A stretch of 64,000 nucleotides of DNA from an uncultured Acidobacterium sp. (GTDB taxonomy: Bacteria; Acidobacteriota; Vicinamibacteria; Vicinamibacterales; UBA2999), in NCBI GenBank assembly GCA_964513235.1, contig CAZEMI010000239.1, forward strand, positions 3,991 through 67,990, in the 5' to 3' direction. Shown piece by piece: positions 1 to 8,488 of the stretch (position 1 is its first letter; each line of letters opens with the position of its first letter). The notes beneath the pieces were generated by a model. The model saw only the letters and a list, made by a program, of their open reading frames with translations, was not told where the DNA came from and did not search any database. A program made the position numbers and the translations under genes.

Positions 1-921
1 GGCGTCTGCGGCGGCGCGCGGAAACGCCTGGCGGCCACCCTCGAGCGTCCACGTCGACCTCCCGCGATCGCGCGAGCGAATGCTCACCACGCGCCCGTAG
101 GGCTTTTCGATCGCCGCCGCACCGAGCGCCTGATGGCACCCGCCGCCGTGTTCGTTGAGTATCTGTCGTTCGTAGTGCACCGCGGCCGTGGTGGACGCAC
201 ACAGAATCGGCGCCAGCAGGTCATCCAGATCGGCGCGCCGGTCAGGAATTTCCAGCGCCAGCGCACCTTGCGCCGGTGCCCACGGAAACTCGCGCATCGG
301 CAGCACCATCCAGCGGCAGTGATCGAGCCGGGCGCGCACGACGGCGGCCTCGTGATCGAAGGGCGCGCCGGATCCCAGCAGCCGATCGAGGGCCGCCTTC
401 GCCACCACCAGGCCGTGCTCCTCGCCCTGCACGAGCTTCCTGAGACGGGTCTCGATGTTGCCGCGGACCGGCACCGCTTCAACGCCGCGAACCGGCCACG
501 GCAGAAGTGCCGGCAGCGTCTCGCCGAGCAGCCAGGCGCGCCGCGGCGACGAGGACAGAATCCGGACCACCTCCGGCCGCGCCGTGATGGCGGCCTGGCG
601 CATCACGAGCACATCGTGGGCGTCGGCGCGCGGCAGCGCGCCGGCAATCCGGGTGCCCCCGGGCATTTCGGTGGGGAGATCCTTGAAGGAGTGCACGGCG
701 ATGTCGGCGTCGCCGTCGATCAGCGCGCGCGAAATGTCGGCCGTGAACGCGCCTTTATCAGGCAGCTGCCACAACGGCGAGGTTTGATCCTGGTCGCCGG
801 CCGACGTCCGCGTCAGGGCCTGCACGTCGAGGTCCGGATGGGCGGTACGCAGCGCCCGCTCGACCAGCGCCGCCTGCAAGCGCGCAAGCGCGCTGGCGCG
901 GCTCAGCAGCCTTACGCGCAC
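1..921 (-). CDS. hemC: Hydroxymethylbilane synthase (porphobilinogen deaminase), 3'-partial, runs off the window edge
   Basis: Not in the ORF track; translated by hand. GTG at 921 overlaps the 3' end of hemA. Reads VRVRLLSRASALARLQA...DKGAFT...VRGNIETRLRKL...PWAPAQGALALE...GGGCHQALG. These are HemC motifs, including the cofactor Cys at about residue 262. No stop before position 1. Confidence 0.9.
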   Translation of the reverse strand, partial: MRVRLLSRASALARLQAALVERALRTAHPDLDVQALTRTSAGDQDQTSPLWQLPDKGAFTADISRALIDGDADIAVHSFKDLPTEMPGGTRIAGALPRADAHDVLVMRQAAITARPEVVRILSSSPRRAWLLGETLPALLPWPVRGVEAVPVRGNIETRLRKLVQGEEHGLVVAKAALDRLLGSGAPFDHEAAVVRARLDHCRWMVLPMREFPWAPAQGALALEIPDRRADLDDLLAPILCASTTAAVHYERQILNEHGGGCHQALGAAAIEKPYGRVVSIRSRDRGRSTWTLEGGRQAFPRAAADA

Positions 922-1760
922 AGGTCGTGCCACCCGGACGGATTCAGCTTGGCGCGCGTGGTGAAGGCACGCGACAACTGCCGGATTTCCTCCTTCGCCG
1001 CCACGACACGGACATCGATCGCCTGTGCCGCCTGCTGCAAATCGGAAAACACGTCAGCCAAACTGATCAGGGGTGCCATCGACGGCAACGGATCGGCCTC
1101 GGCTTCGCCGCGCAGATCGATCACGACCTCGAGATTCGCGTACCGCGCGCTGAGGCGCACCACGTCGGCGGCGCGAATCGGCGCGGCGACCACGAGCGCC
1201 GTCGAGTCGTCGATCACCGCAGGGTGCGGGGAGTGGAGCGAACGATAGCTGAGCCCCGGCGCGGTGATCGAGCACTCGGTGCGCCGGCCCCACAGGTCCA
1301 GGACGCGATCCGGACCGGCCAGGAACGGGACGATCTCCCGGGCCAGGACGCCGGTGCCGATCAGGGCCACGCGCCCGCTCTCGCGGACGTAACGCCGTAC
1401 CGCGCTGCCGTAGGAGCGCGAGCCAAGTCCGACGAGGTGCCGCGCGCGAACGGTTCGCGCATCCGCCAGCAGCCGCGAGCACAGGTCGCGCAGCGGCGAC
1501 CGCTCACTGGGGAGAGCCTCGGCAAAGACCTTGAACTGATGGAGCACTTCGGTTTCGCCAACAATCGGTGAATGCAGGCCGCACACCACTTCGAGCAGGT
1601 GCGCGTAGGCGGCTTCGTCGTGCCAGGACCGGAGCCCGTGCGGAATGGCGGCCGGCTCATCGACAAACGCCACCTGCCGCACACACGTGCGCCAGACGAC
1701 GGCATCCGCCCCGAACGCTGCGGCGTTCGGCGGCTGCTGAACCACGCTGAGCCGGATCAC
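912..1760 (-). CDS. hemA: Glutamyl-tRNA reductase, short form (282 aa) lacking the usual C-terminal dimerisation domain
   Basis: Catalytic TCxR (RTCVR), GLHSPIVGETEVLHQFK (canonical GLDSxxxGExQILGQVK) and NADPH-site LIGTGVLA. Lies between hemH and hemC. Confidence 0.8.
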   Translation of the reverse strand: MIRLSVVQQPPNAAAFGADAVVWRTCVRQVAFVDEPAAIPHGLRSWHDEAAYAHLLEVVCGLHSPIVGETEVLHQFKVFAEALPSERSPLRDLCSRLLADARTVRARHLVGLGSRSYGSAVRRYVRESGRVALIGTGVLAREIVPFLAGPDRVLDLWGRRTECSITAPGLSYRSLHSPHPAVIDDSTALVVAAPIRAADVVRLSARYANLEVVIDLRGEAEADPLPSMAPLISLADVFSDLQQAAQAIDVRVVAAKEEIRQLSRAFTTRAKLNPSGWHDLCA

Positions 1761-1794
1761 AAACGTGATCTTACGAACCGCGGTCAGCGGATTG

Positions 1795-2781
1795 TCATGG
1801 TTTTGTCGCCGCCTGGGCCGTCACCAGGCCCGCCAGCGTCCGGATCCACAGGTCATCGTCATTCAGGCAGGGACAGAGGGCGTAAGCCGCCGGATCGCCT
1901 CCCCCACTGGCAAATTGGTGCTTTCCTTCGTTGCCCAGCTCGTCGAGCGTCTCGAGGCAGTCGGTGGCGAACCCCGGCGCCACGACCAGCGGCCGGCGTA
2001 TCCCCCGCGCGTGCAGGCTTTTGAGGATGTCCGCGGTGCTGGGCTCGAGCCATCGCTCCGGCCCGAAGCGGGACTGGTAGGACACCGTGTAGCGGCTGTC
2101 GGGCCACTCCATGGCGCGGACCAGCGCCTGCACGGTTCGATCGCAATGCTCACGGTACGGGTCGCCGCTGGTGACGTAGCGTGCCGGCAAGCCATGGAAC
2201 GACACCACGACATGGTCCGGTTCGTGCGCGGCGATGGCGGTGCGCAGCCGCCCGCACAAGGCCGCGATGTAGCCGGGATGATCGAAGAAGGGCGGCACGC
2301 AATTCAACGCGGGGACGAACACCCGCGCGCGGCGGCCCCGATCGGTGGCGGCCGCGAACGCGGCGTCATACACCGACGCCGTGGTGGCCGACGAGTATTG
2401 CGGAAACATCGGCACCACGATCACGCGCGTGATGAGGTCAGCGATGAGATCGTCGAACGCGCGATCGAACGACGGTCCTGCGTAGGCCATGCCGAGGACC
2501 ACGCGATAGCCATCGCCAAGCGCCGCCTGCAGCTTGGCGCGCTGCTTCTCGGATTCGACGAGCAACGGCGAGCCCTGCGGCGTCCAGATGCGCTGATACA
2601 ACCTGGCCGATCGCCGCGAGCGCAGCGGCAGAATCACGCCGCGCAGCAGCGGCTGCCACAGCCACGCCGGATAATCGACCACCCGGCGATCGGACAGGAA
2701 CTTCGCGAGGTAACGCTTGACCGCCGCCGGCGTCGGCGCCTCAGGCGTGCCGACTTGCGCCAGCACCACGCCGAGTTTCAC
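1795..2781 (-). CDS. hemH: Ferrochelatase
   Basis: GVVLAQVGTPEAP..AVKRYLAKFLSDRRV, PQYSSATT, SFHGLP, YQSRFGPERWLEP, GFATDCLETLDEL. Confidence 0.95.
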   Translation of the reverse strand: MKLGVVLAQVGTPEAPTPAAVKRYLAKFLSDRRVVDYPAWLWQPLLRGVILPLRSRRSARLYQRIWTPQGSPLLVESEKQRAKLQAALGDGYRVVLGMAYAGPSFDRAFDDLIADLITRVIVVPMFPQYSSATTASVYDAAFAAATDRGRRARVFVPALNCVPPFFDHPGYIAALCGRLRTAIAAHEPDHVVVSFHGLPARYVTSGDPYREHCDRTVQALVRAMEWPDSRYTVSYQSRFGPERWLEPSTADILKSLHARGIRRPLVVAPGFATDCLETLDELGNEGKHQFASGGGDPAAYALCPCLNDDDLWIRTLAGLVTAQAATKP

Positions 2782-2797
2782 CGCGCGGCGCTCACGC

Positions 2798-5158
2798 TCA
2801 AAAACGCCACGACGTGCCGAGGTGAATCAACCGCGGATGGCCCGGCAGAATGCCCCGGACACGGTCGATGATGAAGGTGCGATCGGTGAGGTTCTTCACG
2901 GCCACAAAAAGGCGTCCCGGTGTCCCCAGGATCGGAGTGGACGCGGTCATGTTCCAGTAAGTATACGCATCGATGCGGCCGCGCTGCCCGTCCGCGGTTG
3001 GCGCCGCGGTATTGAGGTCGTCACCGAACTGCGCCCCGACGTGTTGCGACTCGACGTTCACATCGAATCCGCTGGCGTGCCGATAGCCAAGGGTGAGCGT
3101 GTGCGACACCTCGGGCGCGTACGGCAGCCGGTTGCCGGAGACGCTCACGGTGGTGAAGCCGGAGACCCCGCTGGTGCGGAGGCCCTCGAATCGCGCGACC
3201 GGCAGCCAAGTCACCGCGGCGCGTGCATACGCGCCATGACGGGAGCCGCGCAGCGTGCGCCAGTCGGCCTGCGCGCCGGCCTCGATCCCCTGGTGCATGG
3301 TCTCGCCGCCGTTGGTCAACGCGGCGCCGACGCCGCCGGCGACGCTCGCCGGCACAATCTGGTTGGAGTAGTCGAGCCGGAACGCCGTCACGCTCCCTTG
3401 CACATGACCCCGTCTGGCGCGAAAGCCGCCTTCGTAATTCCAACCGCGCTCGGGATCGAGATCGATCGCGCCGCCGGTGGCGTTATTGATGACGTCTTCG
3501 GCGCGCGGCGGCGCGAACCCGCGATGGACGCCGCCAAACACGGTCACGTCCGGCGACGGCCCAAACGACACGCCGAGGCCCGGCACGATCTCCGTCAATT
3601 GCGTCGTACCGGAGACGTCGATCAGGCGATTGGTTCGCGAGTAGCTGATGTGCTCGACGCGCACGCCCGGTGTGACGGTCCAGCGGCCGCTCATCATGCG
3701 GTGCTGCACGAATGCAGAGAGCGCATCGGTGGTTCGCGCGTTGTCTTCGACGAGCACGCCCGCGCGCGCCACCGGCGTGGCGCCGTTCTCCTGGCGGCGA
3801 TCCTGCCGCTCGACGTGGACGCGCGCGCCGAAGTCGGTTTCCTGCGACAAGGCGCCGCCAGACATCAGCCGCCCGCGGGCCTCGATGCCGCCGTGCGAAA
3901 AGTCGCGCACCCGCCCTTCGTTGCCGCACGTCGAGTTGAGGTTGCTCATGCCGCCGCAGAGCGGATCGGACCCGTCGTTCGGCCGTTGGGCGGAGTTGCT
4001 CGATTGGCGCCACCAGTCGCGCGAGAACGTGGAGCCGTACGCCTGCACCGTGGCCGCGACGCGCGACCAAAGCAGCGCCCGATACGAGGCGCTGGCGCCA
4101 AACCGGCGGCCATCGAAATGATCGTTGGCAAATGGATTCTGCCTGGGGTTCGACTGATATTCCGATTCCCGCAGCCCGCTATACGTGACCTGCGAATCCT
4201 CGCCGTAATAGTTGCCCTTCGCGGTCAGGTAGTGAGTGCCGCCGAGATGCCAGGTGGCCTTGCCGACCACGTCGGTGAGCGCCGACTCGATGTGGTCGCG
4301 CGAGCCATCAGCTTGCTTTCGTACGGCGTGACCAAAGAAGCCGGCGTTGCGCCAGCGCCCGCCGGCCGCGGCACCGCCATTCACATAGTCGCGGTTGCCC
4401 GCGGTGAGATCCAGGGACAGCGCGGCGCGGCTTGGCGCTTCCGGTGTGATGTAGTTGACGACTCCGCCCAACGTCACCGGCCCATAGGCAATCTGGCTCG
4501 ACCCCTTCAACACTTCAATGCGATCGAACCGCTCGATCGGCGGATGGTAATAGCTGGCGTTGTCGCCATACGGTGCGTAGGTGACGGGGACGCCGTCTTC
4601 GAGCAACAGTACCTTGCTCGATCGCGTCGGGTTCAAGCCGCGAAAGCCGATGTTCGGGCGAAGGCCGACACCCTCCTCGTCGCGAACGGTCACGCCGAGC
4701 ACTTTGCGCAACGCCTCGCTGCTGGTAAAGACGCGCGAGCGATCGAGATCGGCGCGCGTCAGCACGTCGTAGGAGCCCGGCGTGCGCCTGAGCATTTCCT
4801 CGGAGCCGATCAGCTGCGGTCCGATCACCGTGACCGCTTCGGACAACTTGCCGGGATGCAGCACCAGGTCGACGCCGGCCGCGCCCGGAAATGGAATCGT
4901 GACTTGCGCCACGGCAAAGCCATCGAGGTTCGCGGCCACCGTGTAGCGGTCGCGCTCGAGACGATCGAAGTGAAACGCGCCCGTCGCATCGGTGGTGGCG
5001 GTGGCGACCTCGGCGCCCGTACTGCCGCGCACCACCACGGCGGCGCCGGGAACCGGAGCACCGGAGCTGTCGCGAACGGTGCCGATCAAGGCCTGTTGAG
5101 CGAGTGCCGCGGACGAGAACGCGGTTACGACAAGCACGACGAGCGAACGAAACCACAT
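2798..5158 (-). CDS. TonB-dependent receptor, FecA-like, with N-terminal carboxypeptidase-regulatory-like domain
   Basis: Signal peptide; GTVRDSSGAPVPGA domain; plug motifs RGLNPTRSSKVLLLEDGVP and RIEVLKGSSQIAYGP; terminal WRF. Confidence 0.9.
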   Translation of the reverse strand: MWFRSLVVLVVTAFSSAALAQQALIGTVRDSSGAPVPGAAVVVRGSTGAEVATATTDATGAFHFDRLERDRYTVAANLDGFAVAQVTIPFPGAAGVDLVLHPGKLSEAVTVIGPQLIGSEEMLRRTPGSYDVLTRADLDRSRVFTSSEALRKVLGVTVRDEEGVGLRPNIGFRGLNPTRSSKVLLLEDGVPVTYAPYGDNASYYHPPIERFDRIEVLKGSSQIAYGPVTLGGVVNYITPEAPSRAALSLDLTAGNRDYVNGGAAAGGRWRNAGFFGHAVRKQADGSRDHIESALTDVVGKATWHLGGTHYLTAKGNYYGEDSQVTYSGLRESEYQSNPRQNPFANDHFDGRRFGASASYRALLWSRVAATVQAYGSTFSRDWWRQSSNSAQRPNDGSDPLCGGMSNLNSTCGNEGRVRDFSHGGIEARGRLMSGGALSQETDFGARVHVERQDRRQENGATPVARAGVLVEDNARTTDALSAFVQHRMMSGRWTVTPGVRVEHISYSRTNRLIDVSGTTQLTEIVPGLGVSFGPSPDVTVFGGVHRGFAPPRAEDVINNATGGAIDLDPERGWNYEGGFRARRGHVQGSVTAFRLDYSNQIVPASVAGGVGAALTNGGETMHQGIEAGAQADWRTLRGSRHGAYARAAVTWLPVARFEGLRTSGVSGFTTVSVSGNRLPYAPEVSHTLTLGYRHASGFDVNVESQHVGAQFGDDLNTAAPTADGQRGRIDAYTYWNMTASTPILGTPGRLFVAVKNLTDRTFIIDRVRGILPGHPRLIHLGTSWRF

Positions 5159-5197
5159 GGCGATAACATCCTTCTGACGCTGTGTTGATGAACGAAC

Positions 5198-6043
5198 TCA
5201 GGCAGCGCGAGGCCGCTCGTAATCCTGCGCGGCGCGGCGGCGCTTGAGCCACGCGGCCAGGCGGCGGAGCGCCAGCGAGAGACCCGTGTAAACGAGGAAC
5301 GCACCGCCCAGAGAGGCGAGGCCGGCGATGGTTTGGCCGGTCATGCCATAGAACTCACCGGTGTGCGCGAAGCGCAGCCACGACCGCGCGCGGCGGCCGG
5401 CGCTCAGATGCGCAAACGCTTCATCTTTCGCGACGGCGGTGGCGGCGCGATCGAAGGTCAGCGTGCGCCGCTTCTGCGGCTGACCCGCGTAGCCTTGGTC
5501 CACGGTGATGACGATTGGCGCGTTCTCGCTGGTCGCGAGGCGCGTGGTGATCGTGCGCCACGATGGCACTTCCGCAATGGCCGCCGCCCACGAGGCATCG
5601 ACGCCGTTTAGGTAATAGGCTGGTGCCTGGCGTTCAGCGGCGCGCGCTGGCGCGGCCGCGGAGGGCGGAGGCGGCGTATCCCCCGCGAGTCGATACACCA
5701 GCTTGCTCGCCCACGGATACGAGATCGGCAACGCGCCGGCGACCACGACGGCCAGCGGCACGGCGGACCAGAACCCGATCGCGTTGTGCCAGTTGAAGTG
5801 GCGCGCTTTCGGCGCGAGACCACGGCGGAACCACAACACGTTCCTCAACTGCTGCCACGTCCACACGCGCGGGAACCAGAGGTAGAACCCGCTCACGACG
5901 AGGAACAGGAAGCCGAGGTTCGCGGCACCGATGATCATCTTGCGGCCGGCCCCTTCCAGGGCAATGTAGATCAGGACGACGAGGCCGGCGGCGGCGCCGA
6001 CGGCGAGGTGGATCCAGAAGATGGCGGAGCAGAAGGTCTTCAT
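5198..6043 (-). CDS. PepSY-associated TM helix protein (iron-regulated membrane protein), apparently lacking the first periplasmic loop
   Basis: IFWIHL, RHFNWHNAIGFW and WLRFAHTGE motifs. Start moved to ATG 6043 (MKTF) because the longer ORF start falls inside the upstream operator palindrome. Confidence 0.8.
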   Translation of the reverse strand: MKTFCSAIFWIHLAVGAAAGLVVLIYIALEGAGRKMIIGAANLGFLFLVVSGFYLWFPRVWTWQQLRNVLWFRRGLAPKARHFNWHNAIGFWSAVPLAVVVAGALPISYPWASKLVYRLAGDTPPPPSAAAPARAAERQAPAYYLNGVDASWAAAIAEVPSWRTITTRLATSENAPIVITVDQGYAGQPQKRRTLTFDRAATAVAKDEAFAHLSAGRRARSWLRFAHTGEFYGMTGQTIAGLASLGGAFLVYTGLSLALRRLAAWLKRRRAAQDYERPRAA

Positions 6044-6053
6044 TAGGTCAATC

Positions 6054-6070
6054 TTGAGACGATGTCTCAA
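6054..6070. promoter_or_regulatory. Palindromic operator, Fur-box-like (TTGAGAC-GAT-GTCTCAA)
   Basis: Perfect 7-3-7 inverted repeat 10 bp upstream of the PepSY/TonB/hem operon. Same TGAGA-N5-TCTCA core as the site upstream of FTR1. Confidence 0.55.
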
Positions 6071-6117
6071 CTTCCTCGGTAGCTTATTGCCGACTAAAAT
6101 GGTCGGTCAAGCACAAA

Positions 6118-6888
6118 ATGAGAATTGATCTCAATTCAGACCTGGGCGAGTCATTCGGACCGTGGCCGATGGGCCAGGACGCGGCGCTGATGACGAGCAT
6201 CACGTCGGCCAACGTGGCCTGCGGCTTCCACGCCGGCGACCCCGGCGCGATGCGGCACACCATTGCGCTGGCGAAAGATCAGGGCGTGGCGGTGGGCGCC
6301 CACCCGGGTTTCCCGGATCTGGTCGGCTTCGGCCGCCGCGAGATGAAGGCGACGCCGGCGGAAGTGGAAGACTTCGTGCTCTACCAGGTCTCCGCCCTCG
6401 CCGGCATGGCGCAGGCGCTGGGCGTGACGTTGCAGCACGTGAAGGCGCACGGCGCGCTCTACAACATGGCCTGCAAGGACCGGGCGCTCGCCGATGCAAT
6501 TGCGAAAGCGGTCGCCGCTTTCGATCGCTCACTCATCTTGTTTGGCTTACCGAATTCCGAATTACTGCGCGCTGGTGAAGCCGCGGGCCTGCCGGTGGCC
6601 GCGGAGGTGTTCGCCGATCGCGCCTACGAGCGCGATGGCTCGCTCACCTCCCGCGCGAAACCCGGCAGCGTGATTCACGACGCGAAGGCGGTGGTCGATC
6701 GCGCAGTGCGCATGGTCAAGGACCAGCAAGTGGTGGCGGTCGACGGCTCGGTGATTACGTTGAAAGCAGACACGATCTGTCTACACGGCGATACGCCTGG
6801 CGCCGCGGATCTCGCTCGCGAGATCCGGCGCGGGTTGGAGTCCGCAGGCATTCGGATTGCGGCGCTGAGGGACCAGGCCACCGATTGA
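6118..6888 (+). CDS. pxpA: 5-oxoprolinase subunit A (LamB/YcsF family)
   Basis: IDLNSDLGESFG, SANVACGFHAGDP, GAHPGFPDLVGFGRR, HVKAHGALYN, EVFADRAY, TICLHGDTPGA. Confidence 0.93.
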   Translation: MRIDLNSDLGESFGPWPMGQDAALMTSITSANVACGFHAGDPGAMRHTIALAKDQGVAVGAHPGFPDLVGFGRREMKATPAEVEDFVLYQVSALAGMAQALGVTLQHVKAHGALYNMACKDRALADAIAKAVAAFDRSLILFGLPNSELLRAGEAAGLPVAAEVFADRAYERDGSLTSRAKPGSVIHDAKAVVDRAVRMVKDQQVVAVDGSVITLKADTICLHGDTPGAADLAREIRRGLESAGIRIAALRDQATD

Positions 6889-6943
6889 CACCGATTAGTT
6901 TAGGCACCGAGTGATCGGCGTTCAATCTGTGTCTATCGGTGGC
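6877..6943. repeat. Inverted-repeat (REP-like) element, GCCACCGAT(T/A)GACAC family
   Basis: gccaccgattgacaccgatt (6877-6896) pairs with aatctgtgtctatcggtggc (6924-6943), 18/20 match. Spans two convergent stop codons. Related arm at 52454-52483. Confidence 0.75.
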
Positions 6944-7257
6944 TAGTCGGCCAGGAGGCCAAGCCAGCGTTCGGCCGCTTCTTTCGTGATCGGTCCCTTG
7001 GTTTGCGGCGAGGCCATTTCAAAGATCACCTGCGCAATGATCCCGTCCGAGCCGGGGCCAACGTATTCGATGAACTCCCCAACTTCCAGCAGGTCGCCGA
7101 TCTGTTCGAGCTCCGCCGCAGTCAACTGGTCTTCCATGTAACGCGACACGAACCGCGTGATGGCGCGAGCATCGGCCGTATAGGTATCGCCGCTGTCGAT
7201 CTTGGCCTGCAGTTCTTTGGCGCTCTCACTTCCTGAAATCGCACGTTCATTCGCCAT
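6943..7257 (-). CDS. Hypothetical acidic protein (104 aa)
   Basis: ORF MANERAISGSES...LGLLAD starting 4 nt after the permease stop; no recognisable motif. Confidence 0.55.
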   Translation of the reverse strand: MANERAISGSESAKELQAKIDSGDTYTADARAITRFVSRYMEDQLTAAELEQIGDLLEVGEFIEYVGPGSDGIIAQVIFEMASPQTKGPITKEAAERWLGLLAD

Positions 7258-7261
7258 GTCG

Positions 7262-8488
7262 TCACTCGTATCGCATCGCATCAACGGGCTGTAACGCCGC
7301 CGCTTTCATCGCGGGATACAAACCAAACACCAGACCGACAAGGAAAGAAACGACGAAGCCAAGCAACACAGCCGTCACGGAAATGTGCGTCGCCCATCCG
7401 GCGTACGCAGAAATTGCGATCGAGACGATAGCGCCTGTGGCAATTCCTGCGATCCCCCCGCCAACCGTCATCAACAACGTCTCGATCAGAAACTGCATCG
7501 TCACATCGCGTCGACGGGCGCCGGCGGTACGGCGCACGCCGATCTCCCGCGTCCGCTCCACCACCGAGGTCAGCATGATGTTCATGATCCCAATGCCGCC
7601 CACCAGCAGCGCCAGTGCCGCCACGCTGCCGACCACCACGCTGAAGGTTCGCTGCGTGCGATAGCGCTGCGCCAGCAGCTCGCGCGGCACCACGATGTGA
7701 AACTCGTCGGCCTCGCGCGTGTGCATCAGGATCCGGCGCAGCACTTCGCCCAGTTCGACGGAGCGCTCGGCATCCGCCACCTGGACCCAGATTTCCTCGA
7801 CCGGCTGATTCGGCGCCACCGCCAGCGTCTTGCCGGTCAACGACGGCAGCGGCACGAACGCGGCGCGGTTGACGTTGTGCCATGCCATGCTGGTGCCAGC
7901 CTGCGGATCGCCGCCCTGCTCCCGCAGCACGCCGATCACACGGTAGTGATCGTCGGCAATCTCGATCGTCTCGCCGAGCGGATCGCGATACCCGAACAAC
8001 TGCTGCGCCAGCAGCCCGCCCAGCACGCACACCCGCGCGCCGTCGTCGGTTTCCGTGAGCAACCGGCCGCGCCGTGCCGTCAATCGCAGTATGCGCTGAA
8101 AATCGGCCGGGGCCGCGAGCACCTGGTTCGGACTGACGTCTCCCCCGCGGCCGACGCGAACGTATCGAGACACCACCGGCGCGGCGAGCGTGGCGGTGGG
8201 GACCAGCGCGAGCACGCGATCGGCATCCGCGGCGGCGAGCGAGCGCTTCATCGTGCCGCGCGCATTCAACCCGCCGGTGCTCTGCGCCACGATGTTGTCG
8301 AGGCCGAGCGCATCCACCTGTGAGAGCGCTTCACGGGCGGCGCCTTCGCTCACCGACATCATCGCGATCACCGCGGCCACGCCGAGCACCACGCCGAGCA
8401 CGCTCAGCGCGGTGCGCAGCCGGTAGCGTCCGAGCGCTTCGGTGGCGATGCGGAGGTATTCGACGAGCTCAGCGAGGCTGAAGCGCAT
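7262..8488 (-). CDS. ABC transporter permease, MacB/FtsX type, without fused ATPase
   Basis: RLRTALSVLGVVLGVAAVIAM, LLVGGIGIMNIMLTSVVERTREIGVRR, AALQPVDAMRYE; start taken at ATG 8488. Confidence 0.88.
   Translation of the reverse strand: MRFSLAELVEYLRIATEALGRYRLRTALSVLGVVLGVAAVIAMMSVSEGAAREALSQVDALGLDNIVAQSTGGLNARGTMKRSLAAADADRVLALVPTATLAAPVVSRYVRVGRGGDVSPNQVLAAPADFQRILRLTARRGRLLTETDDGARVCVLGGLLAQQLFGYRDPLGETIEIADDHYRVIGVLREQGGDPQAGTSMAWHNVNRAAFVPLPSLTGKTLAVAPNQPVEEIWVQVADAERSVELGEVLRRILMHTREADEFHIVVPRELLAQRYRTQRTFSVVVGSVAALALLVGGIGIMNIMLTSVVERTREIGVRRTAGARRRDVTMQFLIETLLMTVGGGIAGIATGAIVSIAISAYAGWATHISVTAVLLGFVVSFLVGLVFGLYPAMKAAALQPVDAMRYE

Noticed and set aside
2798-5158. TonB receptor as a heme receptor because it sits with hem genes
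   Set aside because: Plug and barrel motifs look FecA-like, and no clear heme-receptor FRAP/NPNL pair with His was seen. The substrate remains unknown.
2717-5188. 823-aa plus-strand ORF, and many similar long ORFs (e.g. 8442-9863, 13539-14960, 18857-19897, 32681-34345, 39890-41566, 49407-51032, 57416-59242)
   Set aside because: Antisense or alternate-frame shadows of well-supported genes. They have no motifs and the Arg/Ala/Gly-rich composition typical of high-GC off-frames.
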